Shown here piece by piece: positions 45,847-55,024 of a DNA stretch of 64,000 nt. Each line of letters opens with the position of its first letter. Position 1 is the first letter of the stretch. The stretch covers positions 10,652 through 74,651 of the forward strand of contig JBHOTF010000003.1 in assembly GCA_042584005.1 (NCBI GenBank), read 5' to 3'. A model generated the notes under the pieces. That model saw nothing but the letters and a program-made list of their open reading frames with translations, was not told the origin of the DNA and did not search any database. The position numbers and the translations under genes are program-made. The stretch is from Bacteroidota bacterium (GTDB lineage: Bacteria; Bacteroidota; Bacteroidia; Bacteroidales; JBHOTF01).

Positions 45847-46163
45847 AGTATTAGGTTTTATTTTGTTTAAGAATAGTTCTTCAAAGTTAACCGACTAAAA
45901 GCAAAAAACAATATCCTTAATGGTTTTTGTTATTTTGATAAGCTCTAATTGCATAAAAATCTCCATAATACACAATAATTCAGTGGAATATATTCTGCAT
46001 AATCGTACACCTCCCTGCTGTTATCGTACACTTTTTCTCATGTAATTCTTTAAGTGAAAATATATAACGAATAGAAATACAAAGAATTAGGTGTTTTGGC
46101 ATAATTAATGCAGTTTTGTAAGCGAAACCGTGAATATTGATAATTAATTTTTCCTGATGATGA

Positions 46164-46499
46164 TTGGGAAAGTACTTAAAACCTAAAGAAATGTTTGTTG
46201 ATTTTAAAGAAAATGAGGTTGTAATTAAAGCAGGAGATACTGAACACTTATTCGAAAGTGAAAAGATCAAGGGGAAGTTGATTATTACAAACCAAAGAAT
46301 TTATTTCCGCACCCTGGATGAAAAAATAGAGAAGTTTAACTTCGAAATAATGCCGGAAGAAATTTGTGAAGTACATTATTTTAATCAAAAGAAATTTTTT
46401 CCAACCGGACTGGAAGTAATTACCAAAGATGGAGAGCACCTAAAATTTACCCTTAAGAAAAGGAATTCCTGGGGCGAACTAATCAATAAAATGTATTAA
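46164..46499 (+). CDS. Small GRAM/PH-like domain protein
   Basis: GKLIITNQRIYFRT is a typical GRAM/bPH strand pattern. TTG start at 46164, alternative ATG at 46191. Confidence 0.5.
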   Translation: MGKYLKPKEMFVDFKENEVVIKAGDTEHLFESEKIKGKLIITNQRIYFRTLDEKIEKFNFEIMPEEICEVHYFNQKKFFPTGLEVITKDGEHLKFTLKKRNSWGELINKMY

Positions 46500-46525
46500 G
46501 CTATACTCTATTACAAAGAATATAG

Positions 46526-46999
46526 TTACTGATAAAGTTTTCTTTGACTGGCTCTTTTTTTACTAATCCCGATTGAAGTATTTTTTTCTCCCTTTTTCGA
46601 AGGAAAATGACTGATACTTATGTCGGCTGATTTCAAATGCCATTCATAATTCATCAAAAAAGGAGTATCAACCTTTCGGGGTTTTCCGTAATTTTTGGTA
46701 AAAACCTTAACAATGTGGTCAAGATCTTTATTAAAAATACCAATATTTACAGCAGCAAATTTACCATTCTTAAAACCATAGGTTATCAGATGGGCAGTAA
46801 TTTCCTCAAAACTCAAATTTTCAGTTTTTTTGTCATATGCTTTAAACCGGGGTAATTTGTTTTTTGAAGGGGTCAGGTCTCTTGAAACTGTGGAAAATTC
46901 TATATCCCAATCCCAATCCCTGAAGCCGTTAATATCAGATTGTCCAAATAATCCAATACTGAAAACGGCAAGCATAAATGCAAGCAAGGCCTTCTTCAT
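46526..46999 (-). CDS. Hypothetical secreted protein
   Basis: Start chosen at MKKALLAFMLAVFSIGLFGQ (signal). No family recognised. Confidence 0.55.
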   Translation of the reverse strand: MKKALLAFMLAVFSIGLFGQSDINGFRDWDWDIEFSTVSRDLTPSKNKLPRFKAYDKKTENLSFEEITAHLITYGFKNGKFAAVNIGIFNKDLDHIVKVFTKNYGKPRKVDTPFLMNYEWHLKSADISISHFPSKKGEKNTSIGISKKRASQRKLYQ

Positions 47000-47121
47000 A
47001 TTAATAATTAAGCAGATGAATAAAGTATAATTCAACAAACAACGGTTCTACCACCAAATTTATTCAATTAATTATCAAAAAAAAAATTTCGAAAGGATTT
47101 TAATGATTTTTAATTAATTTG

Positions 47122-47151
47122 TTGGCAAAAATAAAATTATTTTTACCTTTG
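47122..47151 (+). promoter_or_regulatory. Full Bacteroidota sigma-A-type promoter (TTG-N19-TACCTTTG) for tRNA-Glu/rpsT
   Basis: TTG at 47122-47124, a 19-nt spacer, then TACCTTTG at 47144-47151. The tRNA starts at 47189. Confidence 0.65.
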
Positions 47152-47188
47152 CACTCCCAACGGGAAAAAATATTAATACCTGTTTATA

Positions 47189-47260
47189 GGTCCGTTCGTC
47201 TAGGGGTTAGGACGCCAGGTTTTCATCCTGGTAACAGGGGTTCGATTCCCCTACGGACTA
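47189..47260 (+). tRNA. tRNA-Glu (anticodon TTC)
   Basis: ggtccgttcgtctaggggttaggacgccaggttttcatcctggtaacaggggttcgattcccctacggacta. Anticodon stem ccagg/cctgg, loop ttTTCat, T-arm agggg-ttcgatt-cccct. The acceptor pairs with a G1-U72 wobble. Confidence 0.9.
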
Positions 47261-47282
47261 CTAAAAATGTAATAAAAAAATT

Positions 47283-47534
47283 ATGGCGAATCATTTATCA
47301 GCAATAAAAAGAATAAGACAAAGCGAAAAAAAACGTTTGCATAATAAATACTTTGCAAAAAGCGCGCGTAATTCTGTACGAGATTTAAGAAATCTGAAAG
47401 ATAAAAAAGCTGCGGAGAAATTATTTCCAAAAGTTGCTGCCATGCTTGATAAGCTGGCAAAGAAAAATATTATTCACGCTAATAAGGCGGGGAATTTAAA
47501 ATCGAAATTGAAAAAACACGTCAACAGTATATAA
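47283..47534 (+). CDS. rpsT: 30S ribosomal protein S20
   Basis: MANHLSAIKRIRQSEKKRLHNKYFAKSARNSVR is the canonical S20 N-terminus. 83 aa and basic. Confidence 0.95.
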   Translation: MANHLSAIKRIRQSEKKRLHNKYFAKSARNSVRDLRNLKDKKAAEKLFPKVAAMLDKLAKKNIIHANKAGNLKSKLKKHVNSI

Positions 47535-47540
47535 AATTAA

Positions 47541-47567
47541 AGGGCGCCTTCAAGCGCCCTTTTTTTA
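47541..47567 (+). terminator. Rho-independent terminator after rpsT
   Basis: agggcgc-cttcaa-gcgccct gives a 7-bp GC-rich stem, followed by T7. It begins 6 nt after the stop codon. Confidence 0.85.
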
Positions 47568-47621
47568 TTTCCAAAATCCACTATTAAACGCATATATATT
47601 AGAAAGTGTGTTTAATAGAAA

Positions 47622-48317
47622 ATGATTAATTACAAGAAACTCAAAATTAAAAAATGGGCATTGGAAGACAGGCCCCGGGAGAAAATGCTCGAAAAAGGCA
47701 TTAGTAGCCTTAGCGATTCCGAACTACTGGCAATATTAGTAGGATCGGGAATAAAAGACCAATCTGCAGTCGACCTGGCAAAAAAAATACTTCATATAGC
47801 CCAAAATAACCTCAATGAATTAGGGAAACTAAATATAAAATCTTTACAAAAAATCAAAGGAGTCGGGGAAGTTCGTGCAATAACCATTATTGCTGCCCTT
47901 GAACTAGGACGACGTAGAAAAATATCGGATATTCTGAACAGAAAACGAATTACTACAAGCAATGATGTGTTTGAACTATTTCATTCAATACTTTCCGATC
48001 TGCCATATGAAGAATTCTGGATTCTGCTTCTGAATCGCTCAAATAAAATAATTGAGAAAGTGAAAATAAGTCAGGGAGGTATAACAGGAACAATAATTGA
48101 TGTTAGGCTGATTCTTAAAAATGCTATTGAAAGGCTGGCAACTTCAATAATTCTTTGTCATAACCATCCTTCAGGTAATTTACAACCCAGCGATTCAGAT
48201 AAACTTATTACAAGAAAAATACAAGAGGCTGGAAAATATCTGGATTTACCAGTGATAGACCATGTTATTGTATGTGATGGAGCATATTATAGCTTTGCTG
48301 ATGAAGGTAAATTGTAA
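47622..48317 (+). CDS. radC: RadC-family JAB/MPN-domain protein (UPF0758)
   Basis: N-terminal helix-hairpin-helix region (LSDSELLAILVGSG). JAMM motif ILCHNHPSGNLQPSDSD. Confidence 0.9.
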   Translation: MINYKKLKIKKWALEDRPREKMLEKGISSLSDSELLAILVGSGIKDQSAVDLAKKILHIAQNNLNELGKLNIKSLQKIKGVGEVRAITIIAALELGRRRKISDILNRKRITTSNDVFELFHSILSDLPYEEFWILLLNRSNKIIEKVKISQGGITGTIIDVRLILKNAIERLATSIILCHNHPSGNLQPSDSDKLITRKIQEAGKYLDLPVIDHVIVCDGAYYSFADEGKL

Positions 48318-48385
48318 TAAAGACATTAAATCTTTAAATTTATCCGTTCTATTAAATTAATTACTATCTGTATTCAGATATTTAT

Positions 48386-49729
48386 ATGTTGTTAATATTT
48401 AGTATTAGTCAAAGCCCACGATTGATTTATATCCTGGATCTTATTTTTAAGGATATTCTTGGCATGGAGTATAAACTGACCTCCAACAAAGAAGAATATG
48501 TGAAATCAAAACTTCCCTGTCTCACCTATTCAGACAAGGCTTTCCAAAATGAGGCATTTATTTATGATACAGGATTTTTATCTGAAAAAGTAATAAAAAA
48601 ACAAGCTGAAGAATTCATTATCCCCGAGGAATGGGAACACACAAAAATTTATTTTAAAAATAGTGCCGGGGGGATATTACCTTTTGATATATTTTCATCC
48701 TCATTTTATCTTATTAGCCGTTATGAGGAATATTTAAATCAAAACAAAGATGGTCATGACCGCTTTACTGCAGAAAATAGTATGGCGTTTAAATATGGTT
48801 TTCTCCAACAGCCTGTGGTAGATATATGGGCTTTCAAATTATTAAACAGGCTACAGGAAAAATATTCTGAAGAGAAAATAAAAACAGTAAAACGGACATA
48901 TCATTATATTCCTACAATTGACATTGATAATGCCTGGGCAATTAAGAATAAAAACCTGGCAAGAACTCTGGGAGCACTGATCAAATCTGCTTTTTCAAAA
49001 GCAGATTTGATGAAAAGAATAAAGGTACTACTGGATATGGAGAAAGATCCGTATGATAACTATAATTATATCAGGAAATTACACAACCAACACAAAGTCA
49101 AAGGAATTTACTTTTTCCTTCTGGGTAATTATAATAAATATGATAAAAATATCTCCTTCAGAAATAATAAATATAAATCCTTAATTAAAGATATCTCCAA
49201 ATATTCTAAAACAGGAATTCATCCTTCATATGCTTCAAACCTTAAAAAAGGCATGCTAAAAAAAGAAATTATACGTTTTGAGAAGATAAGCGGAAAAAAA
49301 CCTAAAAGAAGCAGGCAGCATTTTCTTAGAATGAATATTCCTGAAACATATAAAATTCTGATAGAGAATGGCATAAAAGAAGATTATACAATGGGATATT
49401 CCGATAAAGCTGGATTTCGGGCAGGTACATGTACTCCATTTTTCTTTTTTGATTTAGAAACTAATAAAAAAACGGACCTGAAAGTATTTTCCTTCCAGAT
49501 TATGGATATTAGCCTGAAAGAACTTCAGCATGATGATTCTAAAGAAATACAGCGTGATGATTTTGAAAAAGCATTAAATCTAATCTCAAAGATTATTGAG
49601 GAGGTCAAAAATGTGAATGGAACATATATCAGTCTGTGGCATAATGAATCACTTTCTGATACAGATTTATGGAAAGGATGGAGAAGCGTTTATGAATTTC
49701 TTGTAAAAAAAGCTTCTGCCAATTTTTAA
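48386..49729 (+). CDS. Uncharacterised polysaccharide-deacetylase-like protein
   Basis: 447 aa. The C-terminal half (IPTIDIDNAW..GIHPSYASN..RSRQHFLRM..GFRAGTCTPFFFFD) resembles a deacetylase-type barrel family conserved in Bacteroidota. Recognised from memory only. Confidence 0.55.
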   Translation: MLLIFSISQSPRLIYILDLIFKDILGMEYKLTSNKEEYVKSKLPCLTYSDKAFQNEAFIYDTGFLSEKVIKKQAEEFIIPEEWEHTKIYFKNSAGGILPFDIFSSSFYLISRYEEYLNQNKDGHDRFTAENSMAFKYGFLQQPVVDIWAFKLLNRLQEKYSEEKIKTVKRTYHYIPTIDIDNAWAIKNKNLARTLGALIKSAFSKADLMKRIKVLLDMEKDPYDNYNYIRKLHNQHKVKGIYFFLLGNYNKYDKNISFRNNKYKSLIKDISKYSKTGIHPSYASNLKKGMLKKEIIRFEKISGKKPKRSRQHFLRMNIPETYKILIENGIKEDYTMGYSDKAGFRAGTCTPFFFFDLETNKKTDLKVFSFQIMDISLKELQHDDSKEIQRDDFEKALNLISKIIEEVKNVNGTYISLWHNESLSDTDLWKGWRSVYEFLVKKASANF

Positions 49730-49745
49730 TAAAATTATTTTATTA

Positions 49746-50663
49746 ATGAAAATTACTTTTTTAGAGCATAATAAGATAGATAATGAAAAGTGGGATAATT
49801 GTATTGATAATGCATTTAATGGAATTGTGTATGCTTATTCATGGTATCTGGATATTGTTTGCGAAGGGTGGGAAGCACTTATAGCCGATGATTATAAATT
49901 TGTTATGCCCCTTACATGTGGAGAAAAATATAATATTAAATATTTGTATCAACCAATTGTCACCCAGCAACTGGGGGTTTTTTCAACCGAAAAGCTGGAT
50001 CAGAAAATAATGGATATTTTTCTTTCAAATATACCGGCAAAATATCGTTTTATTGAAATTTCCCTTAACAGCTATAATAAAACCTTACATAAAGAATATA
50101 AAAAGAGTTACAATAAAACCTATCAGCTTGATCTGATCAAGCCTTATGAGCTTCTGCAAAAGGCCTATTCCACAAATACTAAAAGAAATATCAAAAAAGC
50201 TGCCGGATATAAATTAAATGTAATTGGCAGCCCCTCAATAAATGATGTATTAGATATTCTTTACAAAGATAATGCTCAGGTTAACAAGGGATTAAAAGAG
50301 AAACATTTTAATTTTCTGCGACAGATAATGTCAAATGCTATCGGAAAAGGTATGGGCCAGATATCAGGTGTTTACGATGAACATAATGATCTTTGTGCAG
50401 CCGCGTTTTTTATTACTTCACATACTAAAACAATTTTTTTGCTTGCTGTTTCAAGTCAAAATGGAAAGGATAAAAGAGCTATGTTTATTCTTATTGACGA
50501 TTTTATCAGAAAAAATGCAGATAAGAAAATTACTCTCGATTTTGAAGGGTCAAATATTCCGGGAGTGGCACGTTTCTATAGTGGTTTTGGTGCCTCCTCA
50601 TGCGATTATTTAAGCATCAGAAGAAACAGACTTCCATTTTTTCTCCGCCTGTTGAAAAAATAA
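49746..50663 (+). CDS. FemAB-like / GNAT-fold (Acetyltransf_6-type) protein
   Basis: 305 aa. GIVYAYSWYLDIVCEGWEALIADDYKFVMPLT..YLYQPIVTQQLGVFS..TLDFEGSNIPGVARFYSGFGA. Sits 16 nt after the upstream gene. Confidence 0.6.
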   Translation: MKITFLEHNKIDNEKWDNCIDNAFNGIVYAYSWYLDIVCEGWEALIADDYKFVMPLTCGEKYNIKYLYQPIVTQQLGVFSTEKLDQKIMDIFLSNIPAKYRFIEISLNSYNKTLHKEYKKSYNKTYQLDLIKPYELLQKAYSTNTKRNIKKAAGYKLNVIGSPSINDVLDILYKDNAQVNKGLKEKHFNFLRQIMSNAIGKGMGQISGVYDEHNDLCAAAFFITSHTKTIFLLAVSSQNGKDKRAMFILIDDFIRKNADKKITLDFEGSNIPGVARFYSGFGASSCDYLSIRRNRLPFFLRLLKK

Positions 50664-50682
50664 TATCAAAGCCATATTGATA

Positions 50683-51165
50683 TTAAAATTTTGACACCTC
50701 AAGCTTATCTTCACAATTTTCTAATAATTCAAGCATGCTTTTTCCTAATACGGGGTGAATTAGCTCAGCGGCAATTTCAACCATTGGAATAAGAGTGAAT
50801 TTTCTTTTGTGTAAGTGTATGTGTGGAATATTCAGTTCTTTGCTTTTTATTATCAAATGGTCATAAAACAATATGTCAATATCAATTATTCGTGCCTCAT
50901 ATCCATTTGCCCTACTTTGCCTACCCATCTTTTTTTCTATATTTTTTAAATGTTCAAGAACCTCATGCGGGGTTTTTTCTGTATCAAGGAAAAGGGCCTG
51001 ATTCAGAAATTTATTTGGATGCTCAAATCCCCATGAGGCAGTTTCATAAATATTTGAATAACAAATTAATTTACCTATTTCCATTGAAATATGTTCATTA
51101 GCCTTAATAAGGTTCGATAACCTGTCACCCAAATTACTGCCTGTAAGTAGATATAGATTAGCCAC
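50683..51165 (-). CDS. folK: 2-amino-4-hydroxy-6-hydroxymethyldihydropteridine diphosphokinase (HPPK)
   Basis: YLLTGSNLGD, YETASWGF, RIIDIDILFYD, LNIPHIHLHKRKFTLIPMVEI. Confidence 0.92.
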   Translation of the reverse strand: MANLYLLTGSNLGDRLSNLIKANEHISMEIGKLICYSNIYETASWGFEHPNKFLNQALFLDTEKTPHEVLEHLKNIEKKMGRQSRANGYEARIIDIDILFYDHLIIKSKELNIPHIHLHKRKFTLIPMVEIAAELIHPVLGKSMLELLENCEDKLEVSKF

Positions 51166-51351
51166 GGAATTTTTTTGTTAAAATTAAAATTTTTTGATGA
51201 AACAAATTACCTTTGTTTATACATATATCAAAATTAGTAATTAACTATAAATTATAATATTAGATGAAACATCCATGAGAATATGTTCTCATAAAGGGAA
51301 ATGATAATAGCATGGACGTTCCATGTGGCGATTAAAATTAATTATAAATAC

Positions 51352-53121
51352 ATGAAAAATTTCTTTAAATATACTTTTGCATCAATTCTGGGCTTTATTA
51401 TCGGTGGACTTATACTTTTCTTTTTATTAATCGGTATTGGATCTGGGATGTTAAATTCCTTTCAAAATGAAGCTGTTAAACTTGAACCTAATACTGTATT
51501 GAAAATTAATTTATCATCTGTTGTAAGTGATAGAAAATCAAATAATCCATTTGATAATATGAATCCGCTAACAATGCAGATAACTGAAAGTATTGGGATG
51601 AACATGATATTAAATAATCTGAAGAAAGCTTCTGTTGATGAAAATATTGATGGTATATACCTGAACCTGAGTTTTGTAAGAGCTGGTATGGCAAGCCTGG
51701 ATGAAATCCGGAATGCTTTGAAAAAATTTAAAGAATCAGGAAAATATATAATTGCTTATAGCGATTTGTTTACCCAGAAGGCCTATTATCTTGCTTCAGT
51801 GGCTGATGAAATATATATGAATCCTAGCGGAATTTTCGATTTTAAAGGACTAAGAGCAGAGGTAATGTATTATAAGGCCGCGTTCGATAAATTCGGAATA
51901 GAACCACAAATAATCAGGCACGGAAAATATAAATCTGCAATCGAACCTTATGAAAGAACAGATATGAGCCGTGAAAGCAAAGAACAGGTCCTCACATACA
52001 TAAGCTCAGTTTGGAATAATATTCTTACCGGAATATCTGAAGAAAGGGATATTAGTGTGGCAGAACTTAATAAATACGCAGATAATCTGACAGTTAAAAA
52101 TGCGAAGAAAGCCCTTGAGCATAAATTTATTGATGGTATAAAATATGAAGATGAAGTGATTAATTTTCTTAAGAAAAAAACAGCTGTCCTCAGCAATGAA
52201 GTTAAGACAGTTTCTATGGGCAAATATTCCAGAGTTCCTGAAATACGGAATAATAAGGAGTTTACACGCGATAGGATAGCTGTAGTATACGCCTCCGGGA
52301 CTATAGGTATGGGTGAAGGGAGAGAAGGAAGTATCGGGGCAAAAAGAATATCCAGAGCTATAGTAAAAGCAAGAAGAAATTCTAAGGTAAAAGCAATTGT
52401 GATAAGGGTAAATTCAGGTGGTGGAGATGTTTTAAGTTCAGAAATAATATGGAGAGAAGTATTGCTGGCCAGTAAATCAAAACCTGTTATTGCATCAATG
52501 GGCGATTATGCAGCTTCGGGAGGTTATTATATTCTTTCACCTGTTTCAAAAATTGTGGCCGGAAAAAATACACTAACAGGATCAATAGGGGTATTTGGGG
52601 TTTTGTTTACAACAAAGAAATTAATGAACAACAAGCTTGGAATTACAGTTGATGGTGTTCAGACAAACAAAAATTCAGGCACCGGATCAGTTTTCAGGCC
52701 CTTTACAGAATATGAAAAGAAAGTTTTACAAGCGTCAGTAGATGATACATATAGCACTTTTTTAGACAGGGTTGCTGAAGGAAGAAATATGAATAGAGAT
52801 GAGGTTGATAAAATAGGACAGGGAAGAATCTGGACTGGTGAAGATGCAAAAAAAATAGGATTGATAGATGAATTCGGAGGATTGGAGAAAGCAATTTCTA
52901 TAGCTGCTGAAGAAGCGGGAATAGAAAATTACAGATTACTGGAATTACCTGCACTAACAGACCCGTTTACAGCTCTTCTAAATAGTATCGGGTCTTTTTC
53001 AAAACTTAAACAATTTAAAAATCCATTGTTTGAGAATTTTAATCCTGCTGAAACTATGGAAGACCTATTTGAACTTAAAGGCTTGCAACTTCGAATCCCA
53101 TATAAATTTGAAGTTTATTAG
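51352..53121 (+). CDS. sppA: Signal peptide peptidase SppA, 67K type (two S49 domains)
   Basis: Start chosen at MKNFFKYTFASILGFIIGGLILFFLL (TM anchor); the ORF opens at 51301. S49 motifs: second domain NSGGGDVLSSE and GDYAASGGYYI. Confidence 0.9.
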   Translation: MKNFFKYTFASILGFIIGGLILFFLLIGIGSGMLNSFQNEAVKLEPNTVLKINLSSVVSDRKSNNPFDNMNPLTMQITESIGMNMILNNLKKASVDENIDGIYLNLSFVRAGMASLDEIRNALKKFKESGKYIIAYSDLFTQKAYYLASVADEIYMNPSGIFDFKGLRAEVMYYKAAFDKFGIEPQIIRHGKYKSAIEPYERTDMSRESKEQVLTYISSVWNNILTGISEERDISVAELNKYADNLTVKNAKKALEHKFIDGIKYEDEVINFLKKKTAVLSNEVKTVSMGKYSRVPEIRNNKEFTRDRIAVVYASGTIGMGEGREGSIGAKRISRAIVKARRNSKVKAIVIRVNSGGGDVLSSEIIWREVLLASKSKPVIASMGDYAASGGYYILSPVSKIVAGKNTLTGSIGVFGVLFTTKKLMNNKLGITVDGVQTNKNSGTGSVFRPFTEYEKKVLQASVDDTYSTFLDRVAEGRNMNRDEVDKIGQGRIWTGEDAKKIGLIDEFGGLEKAISIAAEEAGIENYRLLELPALTDPFTALLNSIGSFSKLKQFKNPLFENFNPAETMEDLFELKGLQLRIPYKFEVY

Positions 53122-53138
53122 AAAAGAATATAAAGTAT

Positions 53139-54230
53139 ATGAAAGCTCTAAAATATATGTTAAGAATTATATTGCTTCCAGTTTCAGGCATTTATGCTAT
53201 AATTGTTTATCTGAGAAACAGATTTTTTGACTGGGGCTGGCTTTCTTCCAAATCTTTTGATATTCCAGTAATTAGTATAGGTAATATAACAGTTGGCGGT
53301 ACAGGGAAAACACCTATGGTAGAGTATCTGATAACTACTCTGAAAAAGGAATATCGTATCTTATACCTGAGCAGAGGATATAAAAGAAAAACAAAGGGCT
53401 TTGTTATGGCAACAAATAATTCAGGAATTGAGGAAATTGGAGATGAAGCCAGACAGATTAAACAAAAATTTCCTGACATAGATGTCGCTGTTTCTGAGAA
53501 GCGGGTAGATGGTATAAATAAAGCTCTTTCAGATTTGTCTGAAAAAAAGCCTCAACTTGTTATTCTTGATGATGCCTTTCAGCATAGATATGTAAAACCC
53601 GGACTATCAATTTTATTATTTGATTATTTCCAACCTGCATACAATGATCTTATTCTCCCGTCAGGAAGATTAAGAGAGTGTTTTTGCGAAAGAAAAAGAG
53701 CCGATTTATTTGTTCTTACTAAATCGCCAGATAAGCTTGATGAAAATGAAAAACAAAAAATTGAGAATAAAATAAAATATGGCGGACAGCAGAAATTGTA
53801 TTTTTGTGGACTGAAATATAGTAGTTTAGTGCCTGTGTTTGATAAGCAAATGATTGATATATTGTCATTAGAGAAAGAATCTTCCTCAATTCTGTTATTA
53901 ACTGGAATTGTAAATACAATACCCATTGTAAACTATCTATCCACTTTTACCTCAGATCTGAAACATATTAAATATCCCGATCATCACAATTTTAATAAAA
54001 AGGATATTTATAAAGTGATAGAAGAATATTCCAGACTATTAAAAACAAATAAATTAATTATTACAACAGAAAAGGATGCAACACGCTTGTTTTCTTCAAA
54101 TTATTCAGAAGAACTGAAAGAATTGCCGGTATTTTATTTGCCTGTAGAAATAAAATTCACAGATGATAAAGAGGATAATTTCCATAATCAAATATTAAGC
54201 TATGTTAGATCAGGTATTGGAAGCAGTTAA
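53139..54230 (+). CDS. lpxK: Tetraacyldisaccharide 4'-kinase
   Basis: P-loop ISIGNITVGGTGKTPMVE, SRGYKRK, ILDDAFQHR. Confidence 0.92.
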   Translation: MKALKYMLRIILLPVSGIYAIIVYLRNRFFDWGWLSSKSFDIPVISIGNITVGGTGKTPMVEYLITTLKKEYRILYLSRGYKRKTKGFVMATNNSGIEEIGDEARQIKQKFPDIDVAVSEKRVDGINKALSDLSEKKPQLVILDDAFQHRYVKPGLSILLFDYFQPAYNDLILPSGRLRECFCERKRADLFVLTKSPDKLDENEKQKIENKIKYGGQQKLYFCGLKYSSLVPVFDKQMIDILSLEKESSSILLLTGIVNTIPIVNYLSTFTSDLKHIKYPDHHNFNKKDIYKVIEEYSRLLKTNKLIITTEKDATRLFSSNYSEELKELPVFYLPVEIKFTDDKEDNFHNQILSYVRSGIGSS

Positions 54231-55014
54231 GTATATCAGAGAAAGAACGAATTTAAATCCTGATACCGGTATTGTATTGGGAACCGGACTTGGTGGGCTT
54301 GCAGATGAAGTTGAACAAAGTATTAGTATTGGATATGAAGATATTCCCGGTTTTTCAATATCTACTATTGATAGTCATAGAGGTAGTCTGGTCCTTGGTT
54401 TTCTATCAGGGAAATGTGTTATAATTATGCAGGGACGATTCCATTATTATGAAGGTTATAACATGAAAGAAATAACATTTCCTATTCGTGTTATGAAAAT
54501 GCTCGGGATAAAAAACCTTTTTGTCTCGAATGCCAGTGGTGGATTAAACCATAATTTTAATACCGGCGACCTGATGCTTATTAACGATCATATAAATTTT
54601 TTTCCTGAAAACCCACTTCGTGGTGAAAATTTCGGTGAACTGGGGCCCAGATTTCCGGATATGACAGAAGCTTATTCTTCAAAACTGATTTCCCTTGCAA
54701 TAAAGGCCAGTGTAAGCATGAATTTTAAAATTCATCAGGGATTATATCTCGGCCTGCAAGGTCCGAGTTTTGAAACCCCTGCAGAATATAATATGTTCAG
54801 GAATATGGGAGCCGATGCAATTGGCATGTCAACTGTACCTGAGATTATTGTTGCACGGCATATGGGTATTAAATGTATGGCTATATCAGTAATTTCCAAT
54901 CTTTTATTTGCTGATAAAGTACTGAAAGTAAATCTGGATGATATTATGAATGAGGCGTATAGTGCGGAAACAAAATTGACACAGATATTTAAGTATGTAT
55001 TAGACAAGATATAA
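54202..55014 (+). CDS. Purine nucleoside phosphorylase (trimeric PNP-I family)
   Basis: GIVLGTGLGGLADE, MQGRFHYYEGY, GPRFPDM, GLQGPSFETPAE, GADAIGMSTVPE. Overlaps lpxK by 29 nt. Confidence 0.9.
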   Translation: MLDQVLEAVKYIRERTNLNPDTGIVLGTGLGGLADEVEQSISIGYEDIPGFSISTIDSHRGSLVLGFLSGKCVIIMQGRFHYYEGYNMKEITFPIRVMKMLGIKNLFVSNASGGLNHNFNTGDLMLINDHINFFPENPLRGENFGELGPRFPDMTEAYSSKLISLAIKASVSMNFKIHQGLYLGLQGPSFETPAEYNMFRNMGADAIGMSTVPEIIVARHMGIKCMAISVISNLLFADKVLKVNLDDIMNEAYSAETKLTQIFKYVLDKI

Positions 55015-55024
55015 TAATATTAAA

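Noticed and set aside
45134-45898. 147-aa and 97-aa plus-strand ORFs
   Set aside because: They are antisense to the 316-aa secreted-protein gene, which has a clean signal peptide, and their sequences are Ser/Ile/Phe-rich and low-complexity.
47119-47307. 62-aa track ORF on the plus strand
   Set aside because: It reads straight through tRNA-Glu and into the rpsT start, so it is an artefact.
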